From: Octopus vulgaris | Taxonomy: Eukaryota | Reading direction: 5' to 3' | Assembly (NCBI GenBank): GCA_951406725.2 | Contig: OX597817.1 | Span: forward strand, 106,206,001-106,270,000 | Length of the DNA: 64,000 nt | The notes under the pieces: model-generated | The model's input: the letters and a program-made list of their open reading frames with translations, nothing else | Told to the model about the DNA's origin: nothing | The model's database searches: none | Translations under genes and position numbers: made by a program | Part shown: in pieces, positions 41,101-51,600 of the stretch | Layout of the letters: each line of letters starts with the position of its first letter | Numbering within the stretch: the stretch's first letter is position 1

Positions 41101-44100
41101 TTTTATAATTTCTTTTCTTTTTTTTATTTGCAGCTCCATTTTTAAAAGCTGATTTGTCAGCTCATATTACATGCAAAAAGAATATAGATATTAGCTTTCC
41201 ATATTCAGAAAAGTAAGTGATGTTTTTGAAAATATAAATTTATGATTTGTTGTTAAGATTTACATCCTTAGTCATTAGGTCCTCACCAATTATGAACTCT
41301 AAATGGTTAGAGCTCAATTATCTGAAGGAGACAGGAAGGGAGTATTCATTTTGGATAACTGGCCTGATCATATACAAAAGGAAGACATTCAACATAATTA
41401 CATAAAGTGTCTCTTTACAAAGTTCCTATCATTGAATTGATAAAATGTATACTTACATTAGATATTACTTAAAAATTCATGTTACAAATAAATTACCATT
41501 CTCTGTTTAAATAAAAAAAAATATGGAATTGGAGATCCAAAGAAGCATGGTGTAATTACAAAGAATGCATTTGTATCTGCATAAGTTCATAGATTTTGGC
41601 ACTGATTGGTTTTATGTAAATGATTCTTTGGGGTAGAAGTTGGTCTACATTACTGCATGTACTTTATATGCACTTTCTGACAAGTTGTGGTGCACCTGAG
41701 CACTGTATACAATAATTTCATTATTATTATTTTGCTAAGAAAATATTTGGCCATTGTTGCTTGAGGTATTTTTGCCAACCATAACATTTGATGAAGATTC
41801 ATCAAATTATTGACTTCATATTGTTTTATACTACTCTATGAAAAGTCACAACCCATAAACAATTTTGTTGATGAAACTGGAGGAAATGTCGGTATAGGAT
41901 TTTCCTTACCACTCATAGCATCCATACTTCCCTGACTTTGGTAAACTTTTTAATGCATGAAATGAGACTTTGGTTGATAACTTTCTTAATCCCTGGTCTT
42001 CTTTTATTGATGTTAGACACTGTTACTTTTTCAGTCTTTGATATCTTCTGATCACAATCCGAATGCTGTAAAATCTCACTTTTCTGTTCAACTGTCAACC
42101 CTATTTGCTTTCTCCTCACAAACCTGGTAACAACAAGCTCAGTGACTTCTAACATATGTGTACTTGAAACAAAGTCCTACAGTGAATGATACCATCACTG
42201 ATTTTGCAATGCTTTTAAATCCCTTCAGCATGTCAGGCATTTTTATGTGTTAAAATTATTTTAAACCCTTAAAATATCCAACTGAGATCAAAGTAATAGA
42301 ATGATCAATATGTAGGACTTTTATAATGATTATAAACGAAAGATGGGATCATCACACAACTGTAAAACCTCTTTAATATAACAATTAGCTTATAACAGAG
42401 TATGAAAATATTGGTTTCAAATTTTGGCACAAGGCAGGCAATTTCAGGGGAGGGGCTGAGTCAGTTACATCAACCCCAGTGCTCAACTGGTGCTCATTTT
42501 ATTGACCCTGAGAGGATGAAAAGTAAAGTTGACTTCGGTGGAATTTGAACTCATAACTTAAAGACAGACAAAATGCTGTTAAGCATTTTGCCTGGGATGC
42601 TAACAATTCTTCCAGCTCCAGCTCACTGCGTTACTGTTTCAAATTTTAGTACAAGGTCAGCAATTTCAGGTGAGGGGCTAAGTCGATTACATTGACTCCA
42701 GTACTCAACTGGTACTTATTTTAGTGATCCCAAAAGAATGAAAGGCAAAGCTGGCCTTGGCAGCATTTGAACTCAGAACATAAAGACAGACAAAATACTG
42801 CTGAGCCTTTTTCCCCAGTGTGCTAACAATTCTGCCACCTTGCTGCCTTCAGATTATAAAAATATTGACAGTCAGTCACAGTCTTGTCAGCAACCCATCC
42901 CCTTCTATATAGCAATAGTAATGACCACATTCATTAGGGATTGTAAACATTACTTCAATATAGCATAGCTGTCTTATTCAACTTTTCTCCATTTGCTCAT
43001 AGTCATTCCTCCTTTTCACTCATCTCTTTTCCTTGACACACCAACTGGACAATATCAAGTTGAACTACCATACCATACTTATAGTCAAACCTTTGTTACT
43101 TCAATATTGGATAATCTGAAATTAAAATAATTGACCTTTTAGCATTCAGATTTCTCTGACAAATGTAAGGTAAGTGTGAGAGGCCAGATATGGCCAGTTT
43201 GAGCATAAAACTGGTAGAATATTTTGGCCAGATATAGCCAGTTTAAATGCTAAAGGATTAATTTCTCAAGCTACTGTGAACATTTAGTTGAGTTTAGGTT
43301 ACTGTGTGTAATCCCAAACTCAAGGATAATTTCAGTAATTTGAATTTGCCATTAATTATTGTAAGCAGTAAAATACAGAATGGTGGTGCCATTATTACTG
43401 TCAAGATTGGGTTACATGGTGTAGCTAACTAAATGTTCATGGAAACTCAAAATATTGTTCAGATAACAGGTTTGACTATAAGTATGGTATGGTAGTTCAA
43501 CTCGATATTGTCCAGTTGGTGAGTCAAGGAAAAGGGATGAATAAAAGGGAGGAATGGCTTTCAGCCAAAGGAAAGAAGTTGAATGAGACTGCTATATTGA
43601 AGAATGTTTGTCAGCCTTGATAACTGGTTTTTAGAGTTGCTAGCTGGAAGAGGTGAGCAAATGCTAACAAAACTGTGCCAGGCTGTCAATATTTTTATAC
43701 TGTTATCAGTTTATTGCTTGGTCACTACGGCATTTATATTAATCAAACTGTGTCAACAAAGAAGGCCTATCACTATAATTGGTGCAGTGTGTATGCTCCA
43801 GCCTGCTCAAATGGTACAGTATAACCTTCCAATTGACATAGAGCATATTTCTAAATATGGTGCCGTGTTCAGTGAAATGAGAAATTTATCTTGTTATATT
43901 TTATTTTCAAATCATATTTTGTTTTTTCATTTTCCAACCAATATCATCATAATTGTAATCCTCATAGGCAGCAGAAGAGTTTTAGTATGTAGATTTTATA
44001 ATGTCTGGATAAGCTCATCTTCTTCAATCATATGGCTTACAGCCACACTATTGTGAGGGCTTCTGAGATGGGGACTGTATTAAAATTAACCTCAAACAGC

Positions 44101-45579
44101 TGAGCATGCAGTTGTAGTTTTAAGATACATCTTTTGGATGCTCTGGGATGCATTGTCAGTGATGTTTTCGGAGTCTCAAGGAGTTTCAGGTCTTCCAACA
44201 TCAGACCCCTCACCTAGTTGATTCAACCAGAGTTGATCAAGTCCCAGCTTGCATCCCTATAACAGCAAACTGCTGATCTTTATCCAAGCCATTTCATGGC
44301 CTTCACTACAGCTTCAGTGACAGAATTTATAGCTCTCCTTTTAGTAACCGACTATTATTGTCTTTGTCACCATAGAATCTTTAATACATAATTCTTTGCT
44401 GAACCAAAGATCTCAGCAGGATTATAATGGCAAGGGGTGCTGGCCAGCTTTATTTAGCCAAATCACCATCTCTCTTACCTACATAAGAAAAAGACCTGTT
44501 CAGTGGACATATTATAATATATAATCTCAAAATGTTAGATTAAGTCAGTATGTTCACAGCCTCTAGTTTTGTCTTTCAAGCACATACATCCCATCATAAA
44601 TTTATAAAAACCTGTAGCAGTACTGTGGTTGAGTATAATTCTAATATTCACACATGCTCTAATATTTAAACTAACAACCCCACAAAAATTGCTGACAAAA
44701 ATTTCCTGGACTAATTACTGGAACTGGTGTACCATTATCATTAGATTTTCTGTGGCACAAATTTTGTCATTGACTACCAATCAATGTTTTTGATAGATTT
44801 CCATTGCCTTCTCAAGTAAAATTCAGAATCTTTTTGTTTATTTTTGGGGGGGTTTTTTAACTTCTAAAAAAAATGTTATGCAGTTACTCTTAATGTCTTG
44901 TGTGAAATTTGTTCCTTGATATTTCTGATTGTCTTTGTTGGGTTTAGTACAATTTTTTCTCAATGTTAAACAACAAAAATAGCAGATTGGCAGAATTGTT
45001 AGATTCTTAGGTCAGTTTAATTAACTTCACTCTAATCCCAAATTTATGGTCATGCATCATTGTTTAAAAAATCATTATATAAGAAATCAGTGATCTATGG
45101 AGTGATAGAAAAGGCAGGGTCAAGCTAACTATTTTGCCATATTTAGCTTTATCCTTCTATGTTCTGAGTTCGTGGTTAATTTTGATGTATTTCTCTAGAG
45201 TTGATAAAAGAAATAACAGCTAATTCAATTCTTTTTCCCTTTTAATTTGTGGCCTTATTACCAATGAAGGTTTGTCCTTTATAGAATAAGTCTAGATACC
45301 TCACAAATTTATTCTATTAATAAACATGTGTGTTTCACAGAAAATAATTAAAATTTAAACTACAGGAATCTTTGTTTTGACAACACTCATTTTTCAGAGT
45401 CTCTGAAATTGTTTGGGGATGGACTGTTAAATAAAGATGACAAATATAATTAAAAAAATATGATGGTTGCAACTAGAATGCTTTTGATCGTAGGTCTGTT
45501 TAATCAAATCTGACTGGAATGTTAAACAACAGTCAATGATACAGCAACACACCCATTACTGACCTTAGTCTTGATCACC

Positions 45580-45639
<60 letters not shown>

Positions 45640-48600
45640 GAGTAACCCTGTCTCCTTTACAACAAAACACTTGTTTCTGTCTCTCTGTCACACTAACCTT
45701 TCATCATCTGACATACAAGTTCACCTCCAATACTACATCCCCTCTCAAAGGATCTTTGTCTTGTTGATCCTACCAGTGTTGGTACCTCACAAAAAGCATC
45801 CACTGCACAATGTAAAGTGGTTGGCATTTGAAAAAGCATCCAACTTTTTAAAAAAACATGCCAAAACTGACCTCACCTGTGCTGGTGCCACATAAAAACC
45901 ACTCAGTCCACTTTGCAGAATCGTTGATGCCAGGAAGAGCATCCAACCCTAAAAACCATACCAAAACAGGCAGTGAACCATAGTGCAGTCTTTTGACTAG
46001 CCAGCTCCTACCAAACCTTACAACCTATGCCAGTATGGAAAGCAAACATTAAATGTTGATGTTGATGATGAGTTGCTAGTATGTTGGAGATAAGTGATTT
46101 TAAAAACCCACAATCCATATTGACATTAAAAATGCACCCCCCAAAAAGGTTACAATTTTCTTTAAGACTAGGAATGTAATTTTTATTGTATAACTCTAAA
46201 TATTATTATATTTTATTGGTAAATGTTTGTGACTGTGAAAAAACAATATTTATTCATATTAAGATTTAATTTGTTTAGTAACTAACTTAGTTTAAATAGT
46301 AACTAACAGAAAACCATTTTTGAAGCTTATCAATTCTGTTAAACTTTGGCTACTGTTTCAACATAGAAAAACTGTATAACTCTCAGATATTCCTGTAGAA
46401 TCAGTGAGAAGTATTCTTTGAAAAAGAAGAAATAAACAGACCAAAACGTTTTCACTATTCCAATTTGGATTTGTTGAAAAAAAATTGGAATGTTGTTTAT
46501 TTATATAATGTAAACTGGCAATTATTTTTGCCTAGGATAAAATTAAGATTCCAATGAAAAACAGGTTCAAATAATTATGAAAACAGAAGTTCTGTTAGCA
46601 AAATAAAAGGAAGGGATACATAGTTCTTCACAATTTTGTACATTTAGTATCATTTACATTAAAATCTGAATAAAAATTTACAAAAGTATGAATTAACAAA
46701 GTAATGAATGTCTGAAACCAGCTCTGACTGTAGCTTATGAACTTAAACAAATATAAGACAGTACTTGTTAGATTAACCCTTTGAGCATTCATTTTACTCT
46801 GTCAAATGTAATGCTTATGTATTTACATCATTTAAAATTAATCATGCATAATTTCATAGCTTTGAGATTTCAGTGATGTGATTGTTGATGTTTAAAATGG
46901 CACTGTACAGTAGGTGTGAAAGGCCAGATAGGACCATTTTGAAGATAAAACAGGCAGAATGTTTTGGCCAGATATGGCCAGTTTAAATGTTAAAGGGTTA
47001 AATGGGGGCAGAATGAATATCCAGCCATAAAAGAAAACACCATTTTCAAAAGTCAGAATTTGACAACTAGACACACATGTTTGAACATTGGTAATTTGGT
47101 AATGGCTGAGTGTACATTGAACTTGTTTTGGTGACTGCTTTTTTGATACTGGAAACACACACATGCAGAAATATACACATACAGTGAGACATTACAATTT
47201 ATTAATTGAACACAACTGACCAAAAACACTTTCCCTTCTCTTCATACACATAAGGAGAAATATATTCACTCACATAAACAACAGAAACATAAAAACATCT
47301 GATGTCAAAATAAGTCTGCTTCAAATCAACACCAGACAGGTGGCACCAAACAGCTGCACCAACCCTTTAAAGGATACCAGCATTCCAAAGTAGATCTACA
47401 AGAAAAGTGCAAAAATATATAGAGTAAAGCATGAAAAACAGATGTTAAATGTTGATGATGATAAAATTTAGGTTCAGTTTCTTGTTGGTTAACCACCCGA
47501 TCAGTCTTGATTAAGCAGACTTATGATCAAAGACATTACAATTATGACTACCCATTTTTCCTGTTGGGTAGGGGTCTCTCCTCATCAGATAACATACCTT
47601 AGACCAGAATTTCTTAACTGAGGTCCATATCAGATTTTGTTGTTAAAATTTGTGTAATAACTTGGTTATATTTATACAACACAAAATATTTTAACAAATT
47701 TTTTTAATACAATTTCTAATATTTAATTATAAAAATATAATGGGATCTCTTAAACATCAAATAGCTATGAGGGTCCACATGAGTGAAATAGGAATCAAAG
47801 GAGTTCATAGGCAAAAAAATGGTTAAGAACCACTGCCTAAGACCATCCAATGTGCCTTTCTTTTCTGGAAATAAGATGTAATGATGCAGATATTGCAACT
47901 CTGTAATTGGCTCATACAGGTGTTATTCTGATACTGCGAAAAGTCTCAATATGGTGGAAGTTGGAATACCTCAAAGAAGATCTTAATTATTGATTAAAGG
48001 TTGTTATTTAGACCTAAATCATGGAACAGATTTATGATTAAAGGCACTCCAATCTTGACTGTCATTTTTTGAGGTTATCTCAAATTATTTTATCTAATGT
48101 GTCTTTCCCTATCTGAAGAAGGTGGAGTGTGATTTGAACAAGAGTTGACTGCTATTTCTAGTGGGTCAAACAACCACAAAAGAGTGTGTGTATGCACATG
48201 CCACATGCACACAAGTGTGTGTGTTGTAGATTAGAGATGATTTCATCAATTGTTATCATTTGTAATATTCTAAAGATTATAATGAAGGACATGTTTGTTC
48301 TGAATTTCATGTTGCAATATGAAATATGCCACAGTATAAGTTTTAACTGAAAACTAGTTAAATTTATGGTTTAAAGAGATTAGATATCTTTTGAATTGCT
48401 ACGTAATGGAAGGATGAATGTGAGATCGTCATTAGAGTAAAAGTTAGTGTACAAAAAGATTGGACTTTTTAGTACAGAAAATGAAATGGAAAATTGGTCT
48501 TCTAAAAGGGAAATACACAAAAATAAATATTTTACCATTTTCTAACTTGTTCTAGGTTTTCATTCTTCATTAGATTTGTACTCACAAGCATTGTCTTAGA

Positions 48601-51600
48601 TTTTAATTTCCCTAGTATGGAAGTTGTTGACTGTTTTTACTTTTGTGTGTTAGTCAGAAGAGAAGGGCACTGATCATGACCTTCTTAGGCCAAGGTGCTT
48701 GATCTGCAGCTGATTTTATTTCCTTGTTCAGATACATTTCAATAAATATTTAATCATTCACTGAAAATTATCTATTCTTTGTAGAAATAATAAAAAAGAA
48801 ACTGCTTCATACAAGTCCTCTCAAGCTTCTACTTCTCAAGAAAATCCATCAACGTCCACTCCAAAGCCATCAGGATCAACATCTACTCCAAAGCCATCAG
48901 GATCAACACCAAAGCCATCAGGATCTCAAAATTATGAAAATTTTGTTCCCAAATGGTTCAAACTGGGTAAGTTTTCATGTATGAAATTTCAAGCATTTGT
49001 CATTTTCTAGAATGTGCATATATAGCAACAAGTCCAGTGTTAAGTAGATAATATCTGAACTTTTCTGTAGCAAGTGACATAAAACAAAAGTAAAACACTA
49101 GTCTTCTGTGTTTATTATTTAGCTTTCATTCCAAGTTGTAGGTATTTCACTTCACTTTTATTGCTAATATCTTTTAGAAAAGGCTCTTATAGCTGAATCA
49201 CTACCAGAACTAGAGAAGTTCCAGGCATAGAAGCAAGATCTAGAATCGAAGGGCCTTAGAGTTAACCAAGCAAAAACCAAAGTCTTAGTAAGTAGGAAGG
49301 CAGACAAATCACAAACCCTTTCTTGATCTGTAGAAAAGGTGCAAGTAGAAACTTCATAAGATGCACCTGGTGTAAGGTTTGGGCACATAAAAGGTGCAAC
49401 AATATCAGAGGAAGGTTTACAGAGAAAATAGCTTTCGTATGTGGAAGATACGCAGGTACAATAAACACCAAAATTGTACAGAAAATAAACTCCATCAACT
49501 ACCAGGTGGTAACCTAGAGGTAGTAGACAGCTTCAATTATCTATGTGACCAAGTTAGTAGCGGAGGTGGATGCTCCAAGAGTGTAGCTGTGAGAATAAGA
49601 TTAAGCTGGGTGAAGTCCAGAGAGCTCCTACCTCTGCTGGCAACAAAAAGTCTCTCTCTGACTGAAAGGCAAATTGTATGGTGCATGCCTGTGTGCGAAC
49701 AGCTATACTACATGGCAGTGAAACATGGGCTGTGACAGCCAAGGACATGCACAGGCTTGAAAGAAATGAAGCCAGTATACTTTGCTAGATGTGCAGTGTC
49801 AGTATACATGTTCAACAGAGTATAAGCATCTTGAGAGAAAAGTTAGGCATAAGGGGCATCAGCTGTGGTGTGCAAGAGAGACAACTGTGCTGGTATGGTC
49901 ACGTGATGTGTATGGATGACAACAGTTGTGTAAAGAAATGCTGATTTCTAATTGGAGGGAACCTGTGTTAGAGGTAGACCCAAGAAGACCTGCAATGAGG
50001 TGGTGAAGCAGATTTGTTGAACTTTGGGCCTCACAGAGGCGATGACTAGTGACTGAGACCTTTGGTGATATGCTGTGCTTGAGAAGACTCATCAAGCCAA
50101 GTGAAATTGTAGTCGTGGCTGATGCTGGTGTAATGTAACTGGCATATAAAAAGCACTTTTCAAGCAATGGGCTTCACAGAGGCAATGTGGTTGAACTGCT
50201 TTTCAGTGTTGGGCTTCATGCAGGCAATGACTGAGACCTTTGGCATTACGTCATGCTTGAGAAGAAGACCCATCGAACCGAGCAAAACTGCAGTCATGGC
50301 AGATACCAGTGTCACACAGATGGCATGTAAAAGCATCCATTACACTTTCAGAGTGGTTGGCATTAGGAAGAGCATCCAGCCATAGAAACCATGCCAAATA
50401 AGAATGGGGTCTGGTGCAACCTTCCAGCTTTCCAAACCTGGTCAAACCGTCCAACCCATGCCAGCATAGACATTAAATGATGATGTTTTGGAAAAGGTAT
50501 AAACATTACAACAGTTTATCCTCTTAAGATTGTAAATATGTAATAAAATAATTCTTGAAATGCTTATTATAATTCTTGTATAGTTCTGTGGGCCCTGATA
50601 AAGTCAGATCTATAACTGTTCTAGAGGAATGTACATATGGTTTTGACATGGTATTTGCATCTTTCCTATGGAATGATAGAAATTTGGCTTCACTGTATGT
50701 TTTTTTTTAACAAGGATATCATTGCATCATGAATTTCTGACAGAACAAGATGCCCATCATGAAAATGAAATATCTCTTTGTACATTACCTGGCATACATT
50801 TCTTACCTCTGAAATTGCAGCCAGGTCTCTTGCCAAGAGGATTGTTATTGATTTTGTAGAATCCTACTACTTGCAACTCTCACCAAAAGAGGTTCTATAA
50901 AGTAATTCTTCAGCTGATAAAGCCACTGCATTTGCTGCCTATCTTACTTCCAACTCTATATTCAATAAAATCCCTTTCCTAATTCTTATCTTTTAGACCA
51001 CTTCCTTCAACACCACATGTACATAATCATCAGTGTGAATTTTCATTTGATCATTTCAACCTACTAACATTGTGCTTCCCATTAACCTCTAACAATGCAC
51101 CCCAGTGACCTGTCTACCAAATTCTTTTCAGTTTTGAAGGATATATCCTATTCTACAGAAAGGCATGGCTGTGGTAAGAAGTTTGCTTCCCAACCACTCT
51201 TGAGAGTGGATTTTTTTAGGCGGAAACTGAAAGAAGCCCATCACATATATATATATAGTGATGGTTTTTTGCTAACTTAATGCAGCAGTCCCAGGAAAAG
51301 GAAGAATGCTTCTGCTATTTAGCTCCAAGAAACAACGTTTCTAGTTAGCTGCTTGATACAAGCATTCTGTGTCCTTAACTTTTCAAACAGGGGAGATAAG
51401 GACCTACGCCTAACAAAGCCAGCATCCAGAGACTAGTTTCAGGATAGATGCCCTTCATCAGTCTGGAGTAGCTTAGCTTTGCAAGCTGTCAGTGCTAAAT
51501 CGCTGTTGAAAACTTTTTGAATTTCAAGTGAAATAAATTCACTGATCTACGAAATTAGAAATATTGCATTTCTAAATCTTTTAGAGAGAGTTATGCAGTA

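Noticed and set aside
43604-44056. 150-aa hydrophobic ORF
   Set aside because: No recognisable motif, overlaps a decayed foldback arm, AT-rich intronic sequence; likely a chance ORF.
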